A stretch of 64,000 bases of DNA from Neoechinorhynchus agilis (Eukaryota; Animalia; Acanthocephala). Positions within the stretch are counted from its first letter, which is position 1, and the number at the start of each line of letters is the position of its first letter. Shown piece after piece: positions 48,510-60,669 of the stretch. The translations under genes and the position numbers were made by a program. Below the pieces are notes generated by a model. The model made no database searches. It was not told the origin of the DNA and saw only the letters and a program-made list of their open reading frames with translations. The stretch lies in contig CM121342.1 in assembly GCA_051530055.1 (NCBI GenBank), positions 124,001 through 188,000 of the forward strand, read 5' to 3'.

Positions 48510-51170
48510 CAAACAAACCCACAATAAAGAAGTCAGATGTTACTCCCCAATCCACCGTGGGTTGCGCTTTCTATTATAGATGACGCCAGCTGGAAATTAA
48601 CAACTCAATTCATCAGTCCGGTTATGTCACGAATGATAACCGTCGCCGATCGAAATTGATCATAACGTTGATCCTGATGAGCCCCTTGTCTGCCCTGTTT
48701 ACGCAAAGCACGCTGCCCGAAGTGAGCAACTGAATACATGCGAATTTCATGCGGTTGGAAAGACGAAGAAGAGAGTCTTCACCGATCATCTGGTCTCGGA
48801 ACACACAATTCGGCAGATTACATGGTCCTGTCTGTAGCGACTTCAAGAACAGCGAATCAAAGAGTGTTGGGCTGCACCTAAGGAAGTGAAAAACAAAGAA
48901 CGCATATAAGAAAGGCTCACGGAATATCCGAGATTACATATTTTTGCAGAGCGTGCAACATGAATGAGTACGGAAAATGCGTTAGCGCGCGTGCGCATCT
49001 AACTCAATGCGAAAAAGATCGGACAGTACGACGTGGCAACATACGCGAAGAAGCTCATTTGAAGGCCCACATTGAGCGATGGCAACCATGATCATAATTC
49101 ATAACAGGAAAGGGCCGCCCTAGTCCTCGAGCCAATAACCGAAGAAGACGAACACGAAGCCGCAATCAGCACAGTCGAGGAATCCGATGACGTACCGGGA
49201 GAGGATGCATGTCATACAGCAAAATTTATCGATCAAGCTGCGGACAATCTGAACAGCGCTTTGCACAGTTTGTGTGGAGATGGTGCAATCGAGTTGTCTA
49301 CCTCTTTGACCCGGCCTACGGACGACTACGTTGAAGAAAACCCACCCTCTGACCAAGAATCACCTGGCTTTGCAGGTAACGTAAAACCGGCCGGCCATGA
49401 AAGTTCCATGATGAGTACGCTATAGTCTTGTTCGGCGAGTGAATGCGATCATTATGCACTTGACTGTATTGTCGAGCCAACATTTTTTACTGTTGCCGAA
49501 CCGTACGAGTTTGTTACCGTGGTTCTCGGTAAAGAGGATTTACATCCTCGACAGCGCAGTCACCTCGAGAACGAGGGACGTGTCTTAAGACACAAAGAAG
49601 GTCCACCGAATGGTGATTTTGTGGATGCGGCAGCGTCGCGGTATGAACAGTACTTGTGCTGCCTGCGTAGCACTGAAGTGCCTACTACCTCCAGAGCGAG
49701 GGAGATGGGCCTGAGGATCATTAAGCTGAGCAGAGGTCCTCGTCAGTTACTCTGTGCGATCGCTTACCATGTACTAGGTAACCCTTCGTTATGGAGAAAG
49801 GTATCTTCGAAGACCTTAACGGAGGTACAGAGCAACATGGAGTACTATCAAAACGTTGCACTTAGCGTCTCGGACGCGAATGTACTACTGGAAGTTCACC
49901 TCGGTGCTGCTGCCGCAGCATACTCCTGCGATTTCACGGTCAACACCCCCTTCGATAAGAATGAACGGCGAATCTTTTGTGTCGCACGGTGCGCTTGAGA
50001 AACCACTTCGTAACACTATCTTAGCAGATATGTGATGAACACATTCCGCGGAAGCCGTACGAGGATCCACATGTCTAATTCGAGGCCCTCAGATCCCATC
50101 AGGCTCCTAAGAGGAGTGAAGCAAGGAGACCCCGCTATCCCCATTGCTATTCGCGATTTGCGTCGACGAGGCACTGCAAGAGGTTCGCAATCTTCATGGA
50201 CGATGTCCTTCTACTGGCGGATGATTACGCGAACGTCCAAAAATTATTGACATTCTTCAAGTTAAGCTCAAAGAGAACATGCTCTTTCTGAGCCCAGAAA
50301 AATGTCAAACATATCGGCAAAGCACTAGAGGGAGAAAGTTGGTGGTGGACATAAGTCCGGTATCCGCATAAACGGAGTCGTACTCAAAGCCATCATCGAA
50401 GGCGATCCAGTGAAGTACCTAGGCGGCACTCAGTGGAAGGAGACCACACTAGATGAAGCGAAAAGCGCACTGGAAAACCTTTTTGCCGTTGCTAGTAGCG
50501 CCCTTGTGTCGCCCACACAAGCAGCGCATTTATTAAATGATTACGCGGTGCCATCCCTGTTGGCTAAGCTCGAGCCCGCGGATGAGACCGTCCACGAACC
50601 TGAGACGTATCGACGAGCTGTGGAGATCTAAATTGAAGAACCTCCCCAAGCTTCCGAGGAATCTCAGCGATGGCGCATTTTATGTGCCACTCTCAAAAGG
50701 TGGTCTAGGATTCAGAAGCCTGGAGCAGGAAGTGCAGTGCACACGGTTCAAATCTTTGAGAGCAGTTTTGGATAAATTCGGAAGCGCCATTGATCTCCGC
50801 AAAAAGATCGGTTCACTAACGGACCACCTCAAAAAGCTAAGTGACCAACACGAGCTTAGTCAGTAAATTCACGCGGAATATTCCAAACGTAAAGACGCGA
50901 CGAAGCAAACGCATGGTCATGAGTGCTTTACGGACGGGCTCGTTGACCGAAATCTTATATCGTTTCGGTATAGACAAGCTCGGTACAACTCTTACGTAAA
51001 GCACGTAAAGCTTCGGCTTCAGCTCTTAGAGGTTGGTTCAGTCCTTAACCGAATGGACCATCAACGTGGCAAGTCGTGTCGGCGTTGTAGCGAGAAGGTC
51101 GAATCCTCTTCTCATGTGCTCAATGGATATGAATACACCTTAGCCATAATGACTCGGCGCCATGACAGCC
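48510..51170 (+). mobile_element. Decayed R2-like element with zinc fingers, HPR helix, OTU-like domain, then deletion into RT/thumb/RLE start
   Basis: ..FTDHLVSEH; WSC-PVCSDFKNSESKSVGLHLRK; CRACNMNEYGKCVSARAHLTQC (frameshifted); ORF 49519-49998; GVKQGDP; preceded by degenerate 28S CGCGAGTAAACGGTGGACGTAAATATGACTTTTCC (48475-48510). Confidence 0.85.
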
Positions 51171-52085
51171 AATGTTTGTGATGTTCGCAGCTGCCGAAGC
51201 ACACTCGTGTGATTTTACGGTTCACGCCCTTTTTATGAGCAAGAAAGCCGAATCTTTTGCTCCAGTTTTCAGAAGATACGTATACAATATCCGATCTGAT
51301 GCTTCAGGCACCTACCCATGTGTTAAATGTCGATGTTTGAATATATTTCAAGATCGGGAGCAAGAGGCGACGCAGCAGAACCCTGTACTTCGCGAACATC
51401 TTAAGGCTTGCGGCCGATGTGCTCTAAGATGGAGAACGAAGAGAGTGTCGATTGAACATTAATACAACAGTATATTACTGTCGCACATTATTCGAATGGG
51501 TTATCGGGACAACTGAACGCAGATTTGGCAAGTGAAAAAAACGAAATATTCTCGAGGTATCGGGTGGCAGAAGGGAATCAACGCCTACCTTCCGTGTGGT
51601 CAATTACCCTAGTAGGTGGCAGGGAAGCGCAAAGCGAGTTCTAGCGTATGAATCATACGCCACAGTCGATACGCAGGTGTGAAGGGGCATCTCTTTAATC
51701 GAGTTGACTGTGCTTGCGGTGATCGAGGCGTATGAAAGCGTGGTGGATGAACTTAGTAACAAAAACCTCCATCTAAGGTACAGAAGTTTTTTTGAGATTT
51801 AGAGAGACATTCTCCATCGATCAGATGGATCTATTAATTGGGGGAGAATACGCTTCCAATAACTTTCAACAAATTACTCACCTTTATTGAGGCTCTAAGA
51901 CGTAGTCACGGCTCCTCGTTACAAAGGTAAAAATAAACCACCAGCTCCAAATTCGCTCAATTAATCAGCGAACAATACAGAACGACACAGGAACATGAAG
52001 GTAGCTATAGGAAAAAGACGGCGATTTACAATGTACAAAAAACAGAAGTATTCTAGCCCGTGTAATTATTTGGTGCGCGTTTAAA
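51168..52085 (+). mobile_element. OTU-tail fragment (duplicate of 35893-36315) followed by 'HPRY' unit copy 5
   Basis: MFVMFAAAEAHSCDFTVH; TGAATCATACGCCACAGTC at ~51639; AYESVVDELSNKNLHLRYRSF. Confidence 0.8.
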
Positions 52086-52329
52086 TTAGCTGCAGAACAT
52101 CAGCAAATTAACCAAAAAGGAGTACGAAAGCCAAGTCGAGCAAAATGTTTGTTTTCCAGAAGTTTTTACCGAAAATTTATTAAAACAGTCAAAATGCTGA
52201 GTCAATGACTGAAGCAAATTTACATTGCAATGCGGATTTAAGAACCTGGGCATGCACAAAGAACTGTCTGCCCAAAAGCCCACAGCAACGGCTAGACATA
52301 GCATATAAGCTATGACGCCAAGAAGCGCA

Positions 52330-53260
52330 CGTCGATGACACCATGTAAAGCTCTCGGCGCAATCGGGAAGAATAGGGTAGTGATTGCAGCTCTTATGCCT
52401 TTTCCCGCACTATGACAGGGTCGGCAAAATTCAATTATGCTCTCCACTTCATACCGCCAAGGGCTACGTCCGATCGGAGGCCTTTTTGGTTCAAGTTAGC
52501 GTTGAGTATGTCGAACCATCGCTGCTTCGGGCGTTCTTTCCATCGACAGACTTCTACACCAGTTTTGGCGATTGTGCCTGGGTTCGCCCTCATAACATGA
52601 CCGAACCGTCGTAGGCATGATTGCTGCATTTTACTGGTGATGGCTGCGCCAGTCGGCATTAAGTATGCTTCGTTATCGGGAAACAGTCTGCGCCGCATAA
52701 GGTTACGGGACTGATCACTGCTCGTTAAATCTTGGACTTCAAACTCTTCTTTATTCGGCGATCACAAAGGACGCCTGTCGTAGTTATCCATTTGTCCCAG
52801 GCGGCTGATATTCCCGCCGACAGCTCTCATTCGAGATCACCATCCGCAGATATTACTGAGCCTAAGTATTTAAACTTCATCCGTTTGGTATGTTCCTCAT
52901 TGATGGAAATAGCAGCTAGACCGTTTTCATCGTTTGCCAAGGATTCTGTTTTGTCCAAGTTTACCCGTAGCCCATGCCTCGCAAGTATATCACTCCATTC
53001 TTATGCCAACTTTGTTAATTCCGTTCTATCGTTCGATGCAAGGAGAATGCCATCAGCACATAGTAGCGTATATGGCACAGAGCGTTGGATATCGCGGGTT
53101 ATCGAATGCATAACTAATATGAACAGAAGTGGGGAGAGGGCACTTCCTTGGTGGACGTCTACAAATATTTCGAATGGTTCGGATATTCCAGCTGCACATT
53201 TCAACCTGCTATTTGGAGTCCTCCTGGTAAAGAATTTGGATACACTTGATTAAATTTTCC
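52330..53260 (-). mobile_element. RTE-clade LINE RT 3' fragment
   Basis: VHQGSALSPLLFILVM; LLCADG; GLRVNLDKT; FKYLGS; LRRFGHVMR..RPKQRW. Confidence 0.88.
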
Positions 53261-54110
53261 AGGATTAGATGTTTTCTGATTTTGAGAAAATAACTAACAG
53301 AAATACAGAAATCGACTGCAGTGTTTTATTGCTGCATTAGTTTTTTCGTTGCTTATATTGAAAACATGACGTCATCAGTTCAAAAATTAAAACACGTGCT
53401 CGTGCAATATCTTCGAATTTTTAGAAAATAACAAACAGAAAAACAGAAATCGACTGCAGTTTATCAGCGCTTTCTTAAGCTTTTTCGTTGTTTATATCGA
53501 AAACATCCGTTTCAATATGCAGAGACCGAATCGGTACATTGCCTTTCGCGTACTTGTGTCTAGTCATTAACCGTGGTTGTGGCCATTGTAAATTTTTTGA
53601 GGAGACCCTGTTCAGAGGAGGAGCCCGTTCCTCCGTCTTTGCGACCAACGCAGGACATCTCGTTGTCGTTTTTGGGTTCATGGGACATGTCTTCAATACT
53701 GCGTATCTCGCATGACAACGAATTCGCATCAATTGCTTCACCAGTCCCATTGTTTGTACACCAATGCCAACATTCTAATCGGCTTGTTATTCAAAATATG
53801 AATTCACTTTTCCTTGAACTTTGTATAAGCAGCCATGCTCACCTTGTCAATCAAGATGCTTGTCTCAGGCCTACTCCGTTTAGCCGTGCATTCATCCCTC
53901 AATTTACCTTCAATATCTATACATTTATTCTTTAAATATTTTGTCGTTTGTCAGACTCCATGATGCAGACTTCCGCTGGTCAGCAAGCATGGAAACCGGT
54001 TACGACTGCAGATTTTTAGTGCCGCTTTAGCATTTTCGTTATTTATATCCAAAAAATGGGACGCCCAAAACTCCTTTACAATAAAAGAAGTGTCCGGTTG
54101 TTGTATGTGT
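53260..54110. repeat. Family C satellite units (53260-53500, ~53990-54110) flanking an unrelated insert
   Basis: CAGAAATCGACTGCAGTGTTTTATTGCT and related unit motifs. Confidence 0.65.
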
Positions 54111-54159
54111 AAATGAAAAAGTTGCTTTCAAAAAAAGTAATCAATTTCCCAAATAATAA

Positions 54160-56148
54160 GCATTTATTTTTTTTTAAAAAGTTAACTTATATTATTCTGA
54201 ATTGTCCTTCACCGTCCCCAAGACACTCGCTGCGTTTCCTCGCTGGATAGCCAAGGATATGTTCTGTACTAGGAACGAGCGAGCCCTCCTGTCATTGGTC
54301 GAGTTGATCAGACGATGCCCCAGTTCGAGAACAAAACTCCTCGCCGCACGTCCGAAAGCTCCTAAGGTTTCAACTGCGAAGGGGACAAAATGATAAGAAT
54401 TTGTAAAATCGGCGTATTTTGCAACCTTACGAAGCTCAGCTGCTGATGCGGCTCCCCCAGCCCCGGAGGATGCATCTCGCAGATTGCTGGCTGCAAGGGA
54501 GTCGACGCATGTTGCGTCCCATATTAGACATCTGCCCCTGCTCCAAGGAAAAACGGTAACTCCATCCGGCCTACGGCCATCGATCCTGCAGATGTTGCTA
54601 GGCTCGAGGATATTCGGAGAGTTAGCCGTTTTCAAAGCGCGGCTCAGCAATGCGTTTATTTCAGTGTGTCTAGCAAAACGGCCACTTGAGCGTTTACAGG
54701 CTAAACCGTGCCTACCCGAGGGGTCGACTTCCGTCCCGCATCGGCAGGTGTGAGGGATACAAACCGGGAGCCCGAGCCTCAGAGACACTGCGATTCTGAG
54801 AGCCTCGCCGTCTAATCTCGAACCGATATTTGCTGATGGTACAGCTTTCAACCAGGCGCCGGACTCTTTGCAGGAAACTGCAGTTAATCGCGTTCTATCC
54901 ACGTCGGAGAGCGAGTCAAAAAGTGAGGTGTGAACACGCTCCACTAACGGAATGTCCCACGATTTCTGTTTTTCCGGGAGGTCTGGAATCTTGTCGAGGT
55001 TAGACAGGGGCATCCAAAGATGAAGAGCGGGCTCCAGGCTGATGTCCTCCTCAAAATTATGTTTCAAAATCAATCTGGAAAGGCGCTTGGACCTACTAAG
55101 AGACGATAGAAAGGCTGGAAGCGCAATGGCTGAGGTGGCACGAATACCGATCCCTCCGTAGCTTGTGGGCAAAGATGCCTGGGTCCAGCCAGTGTCGGGG
55201 AGCTTAATATTAAGGGTCTTACATAGACCATCCCTTAAAGAATCATCAATCTCTCTGAATTCGGGCTGACATTGAAAGGAAGGGGTTGGCCGCAGTTTAT
55301 GGAGGATGCGTGGAATGAAGATGCAATTTTTTAAAAGGTAGAGAGCATCGTGAGGGAAAAGTTCGGAGGCCCTTGAACAGATGAGATCAATGGAAGGTCT
55401 GATTTTCCTGATATCAGCCTGCATATTCTCCTCGAGAACGCAGCTTCCCAGCAGTTCTAAGCTGGACTTGGTGATAAGTCGGATATTAGGTGCGGCCTTT
55501 TCAAACTCTCTCAAAATTTGTGCGCGTTCCTCGTCCCCTCAATTCAAAACCAAAATTTCGCACTTGCTTGGGTTTAGTTTGAGGCCAATTTTTTTACATT
55601 CTTCTAAAACAACCGTTAAATCGTGTAGGACTTCAGACGGGGAACCTCCTAGAGTAGCGTCATCCAGATACCAGGCGTTGAATGGTGATCGAAGAGATTG
55701 CGCCAAATTGTTTGTCGTCAGAGCAAAACCTAAAGGCCCCAGAGGGTCCCCTTGCTGCACACCCGATTGAGACCAGATTAGTTCATTATTATATACGAGC
55801 GGGGTGTGAGAGCAATATGCTGACTGAAAGTAGGGGAGAAGCTCTGGAATAGTGTTTCCGACTGCTGAGATTAAGATGCCTCGATCGATAGTGTTGAAGG
55901 CATTTGCGAAATCGCACTTCAGGATTACCTGAACGCCCCTACCAGAATTAATAAAAGAACGCAGCGCGTGGACTATAGCTTCTGCTCCACAAGGAGAGCA
56001 ACATCTGAGCTGGACGGGCCTAAGGATCTGGCCTGCTTTTTCCGCGACCCTTTTTGACAGAATCTTTCCGGTGAGACGGCGAAGGGTAGTTCCGATTGCT
56101 ATGGGACGAATCCCACCGTCCTTCTTATTAAGGGCACACAGGGAAGCC
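54160..56148 (-). mobile_element. CRE-clade-like RLE non-LTR retrotransposon, 5'-truncated, nearly open
   Basis: KKDGGIRPIAIG, CDFANAFN, GVQQGDPLGP, WYLDD, CRCGTEVDPSGRHGLAC, DGRRPDG..PW..LIWDATCVD; single in-frame TGA at 55539-55541; A-rich tail at ~54165. Confidence 0.88.
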
Positions 56149-56169
56149 TAACACAAATGCTAATGCCTT

Positions 56170-57190
56170 ATCTGCCGACTTTACAAAATCATCGAGCAAC
56201 AAAACCGAGAGCGATTGCAAATTTTTAGTGATGCTTAAGTCTTTTCATTATTTATATCTAAAAAACATGCGAAGTCCAAAACCCAGTAATAACAGAGAAA
56301 GTCATCGTTACGTCCGCATCTCACTAATTAAAAACATGTCATCAATTTCTCAAATTAAAACGAATTCCCACGCAGTATCTGATGACATTGCAAAATGAAC
56401 CAGCAAAAAACAGAAAGCTACTGACGTCTGTTCGGCGCTTTACGCTTCTTCCGCTCTTTTGTTATTTGTATAGAAAACATGTGAAGTCGAAAACGTATTT
56501 AGAATAGTCGTAATATCGTTCGCTGTTTACTCGTTAAAAAGGTCATAATTTCTCAAATGAACACGAATCGTCGTGCACTATCTGTTTACGTTGCAAAACC
56601 AATAAACGGGAAAACAGAAAGCGGCTGAAACCGGTTCACGCCCGGTTTTCAACGAGTAAGCTGCGGACGTAAGTATGACGCGTTTTGGACTTCAAATGTT
56701 TTCGATATAAATAACGGAAAAATTGATCTAGCACTAAAGGAATGTAATAGATTTCTTTTTTCCTGCTTTTTATTTTTGCAAAATCAGCAGATAGTTCATG
56801 AGCATTCGTATTATTTTCTGAAATTGATGACAAGTCTTTTAACGAGTAAGCGGCGGACGTAACTGCGACTTTCTTTTTTGTTAAGGCGTTTTTGACTTAC
56901 ATTCTTTTTCGTCATAATTCGTGCTTATTAAAAATTTAATAACTAGTTTTTAGCGAGTAAGCAGCGGATGTAACTATTGCAACGTTTTCGACTTCACATT
57001 TTTTCGCTATGTATAACGAACAAGCCGAAGAAGCACAAATAATTAAACAGGCTGTAGTCGCCTACTTTTCCGTTTGTTTATTTTGCAAAATCAGCCGAAA
57101 TGCATAAGCATTCGTGTTTACTTGTAAAATGAATAACTGGTTTTTGTGGCATGTGCGGCGGATTTAACTACGACTTTCTAAGATCAACTT
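56170..57190. repeat. Family C satellite, ~190-195 bp units with a 28S-like motif, inverted about ~56635
   Basis: CGAGTAAGC(G/T/A)GCGGA(C/T)GTAA at ~56651, ~56843 and ~56954 (degenerate at ~57153); reverse copies at ~56310 and ~56510. Confidence 0.8.
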
Positions 57191-58061
57191 GCCCCTTGCA
57201 GTTTCCCGTCGTTCTACATTTTCCAACCTCTCGTCATTAAGACAATTGGTATGGTCGGACCAAGCACCGTAGAATTTTTACCCTAGGTTCGAAAATGGTG
57301 AATCGCAACAAGTGCACCCTTGGGGCAATGAAGGATAAAGATGTTTCACCGTTCCCATCGAAACTTTGAGCGCTTGGGTCTATAAAAGAATACTACCATG
57401 AAAAAATCGTTTGTTCATTATGTTGTAATAAAATCAGTGTTTATCAATAATTAAGAAAAAACGAGAAAGTTTAAAGTAAAAAAGTTTAAGTTAATGAACG
57501 TTACATAGTGTTCAATAAGAAATTGAAAATCTTACGAAAAGACGAGAAAGTTAAAAGAATTAGTGAATAAAACTTTTAGTTTACTAAAAACAATCAACTG
57601 GAAAACTTCAAACGCAATACCGCGATTGGCTTAAATTATGACGTCCACTGACTTTATACCATTTAGTCATTTGGGGAAAGACATACAGTGGATTTTGGTA
57701 AGACAAGACATATGCATCTTTATCAAATTGTTCTTATTGAAGATAAAAGTTGTTTCTGATCAACATAGTATAAGGATAGAACTGCGGTTGTTACTGTACT
57801 TTAAATCACGACTTGTTGCGAGAGTTTCGCATTTCTTTCTTTGGAAAAAGCATGAGTTGATTGGCTCATGTTCAGGTAAGCTAAAATGCTCTTTCACTGA
57901 AACTTTAGCGACGTTGTGTCTTCCAACGCGTAGATGTCGTTCCTTTGTATCAGTCACCATGCACTTTCCTTGCTGAGTAAGCTCCTATAGCGATCCTACA
58001 AAAATTCAACCTGTTCAGTGTGAGGGTTCACAAGACGCGTGATATTTGCTAACTACTTGGA

Positions 58062-59103
58062 ATGACGTCTGCTTTGATTTACCGGATATTTATGATCTTC
58101 GCGGGCATAGGGTATCCAGCACTTAAATCCTACAAGGCTCTAAAATTAAATGATCGTAAACGAGTTGCTATCTGGCTCGAATATTGGATAGTTTTGTCGT
58201 TTTTAATTGCTGTTGAACATGTAATCGTAATCGATTTGGATTTTACGGCTTATTTATGACGTTAAAAAATGATCCTTTTTAGTTCGTATTCATATGTGCT
58301 CTTTTACTTCTAATGCATTAATTTCAAACAACCACGAAAAAATCCTTTTCCCATCCAAATTGATGAACTTACTCGATGTATTGTTTTCATGGCTACCTTT
58401 ATATTATACCGGGAAGATTTTTCTAATCTTGATCTTGCTATCGACTTCTGGAAACAATGTGCTGTATCGTCGAATTATACAACCTAAATTAACAGAGCAT
58501 GAAAAGGATATTGACTATCTTATAAATCAAACAAAGAAAAGTAGCATTGTCGCAATGTCACAGTACAAGGACATGGGTATTAAATACGCAAGTGAACTGT
58601 TTCTTAACACTGCTGTCCTTGGCACAAAACTGTTACAACATGCTAAAAGTACAGACATGGAATCTCGTAAGAAAAGTTTAATCGAAGAACGAGATATTGA
58701 TCCGGCTTTACAGAAAGCAAAACATTTACCAGCTAGATCGTATTATGAGTACGATTACGAAAGTGATGCTTGGGAAGTACCCGAGAATCGAAAATCGATT
58801 CGTCGCCCATCTGGCGGCTCCTTGCGAAGACTTGGCGAAGGAAAATTTAAAGTTCGACGTGGATTGCGATCAATGAATTTTTACAAGCGCAGTTTCTATC
58901 CAAATATTTCAAGTATAAAATCTCGGGATCGCCGAGTATCCGAGGAGCATGAGAAGTGTTCAAATGATGGTACCTATTGCGATGATAAATATCATTCGAA
59001 TGGTGATGGACGCGAGAAGTGTTCAAATGAGGGTACTTATTGCGATGATAAATATCATTCGAATGGTGATATAACACAAAAGAGCATTAACCAAAAACCT
59101 TAA
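58062..59103 (+). CDS. REEP: Receptor expression-enhancing protein (TB2/DP1/HVA22 family, REEP1-4-like), split by a ~150 bp interruption
   Basis: GIGYPALKSYKALK..WLEYWIV..AVEH / DVLFSWLPLYYTGK..LYRRIIQPKLTEHEKDID is the characteristic TB2_DP1_HVA22 pattern. Confidence 0.85.
58951..59070 (+). repeat. In-frame 63 bp duplication (EKCSNDGTYCDDKYHSNGD)
   Basis: GAGAAGTGTTCAAATGA at 58951 and 59014. Confidence 0.9.
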
Positions 59104-60669
59104 GTTGAATTTTAAAATAGCATGCATCATGCTGAAAATCAAAACTATAAAAACGCAACGAACCGGGCAAGATAATAAACGCTTTAACTTTGAAAACGTG
59201 GAATGTATTAAAGCAATTTGCTTTCCGCAACGTCCTTAAAATGTTTCTGAATCGATAAACACATAATCGCAAATCGCTAATCTAATTTTTGTTCAACTGC
59301 GTATTCCTTTAAATAAGTACAATTTGAGCAATGAATTGTTTCTGAAAAATACCACAATATGATGCTCAATCCACGTTCTTGGACCGTTGTCGTACTATTT
59401 TGTACATTTCTAAAAATTTCAATAAGTGAAATTCCAGGTAAAATTATGAGAAGAAACGGTTTCGCGAAAACATTAAGCAGAATGGCGAAATGTGCGATAG
59501 TTGGAAAAAAATATGATAACCTTTTTTTCAGGAAATTTATTTTCGATCGCACGGCAATGCAATGTTCTGCTTTGCCGATCGTCCGACCATTCTGATGAGA
59601 AGCTGAGAATTTATCAAACCGCTCTCATACGAGCAACTCCCAAAACGACAACTAAAGCAAGTACAAAATTGCTGTGAAATCTAAATTATCTGTATATTGA
59701 GTTTTTCGACTTTAATGCGCTCTTTTGATAGACAAATAGAAACTAGTTCCTTGCATTTTATACGCAAAATAAAAGATGATAAATTCAAGCGGTCGCTTTC
59801 AAATCCAAATGTGATATAGTTTAGCTTCCGTGCCAATTATAGATGGAAAATGATGAAGTTTTTAAAGCAGCTACGGTGCGTATCATGCAATCACGTACTT
59901 TAACTCACACAATAGTTAAACTTGCCGATGATTTATCCACAAAATGGTTCCAATCTCTCGACGCCATTAATGCAAGCAAGGATAACATCGGAGCGTGTGC
60001 AAAATTGAATTGTCCATTTTGCAAAGACGGAGAAGACAATTTAGAGCACGAATAGATTTTGCATTTTTAAATAAGCAATGAAGGCAGCATTTATGGATAA
60101 AATATTATGTTTTTCCTGTGGGCGTAAGCCAGCTACCAGATCTTCAACTTAATCTCCAGATTCTATGTAATCACTTAAATTTCATAACTTTATCTGCAAC
60201 GGCGTAAAAACGTGAATAAACATCTTCTCAACAACGCATGACTCATGCGAATTTCAAATAACATAAGACATTACCATTCATTAAGACTATCCAAATTAAT
60301 TGCATTGATCTGTCAGCTATATTGAACCTCCGATCAAAAATGAAAACTACTTATCTAAGATAACAGCAACTCCCCCGATAACAAAGAAGATAACATGGGA
60401 AACTTACTAAAAACATGGCTTTATACACAGAAAATAAAACAAACATGAAGAATCAGAACAACCCCCATACCCAATAATCACAAGATCATCAAACAGGTTG
60501 CGAAAATAACATTACCGGCATCACCTATTTTAAATGAAAAGAAGTTATTTCGAAAGAACTTAGAATTTTTTGCAAGAAGTAACGAAACGGACAACGAAGT
60601 TATTTGATTATCTAAGAAATCAATAAGCACAACATATTCAGGAGATGCTGACACCACAAATCCGACCCC

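Noticed and set aside
51570-51650. HDV-like ribozyme in the HPRY-unit leader (ACC-TTCCGTGT-GGT)
   Set aside because: The proposed P1 is not conserved in the 13840 copy and P1.1/P2 are unsupported
59585-59625. CTGATGAG hammerhead-like start
   Set aside because: No downstream GAAA or stem II pairing
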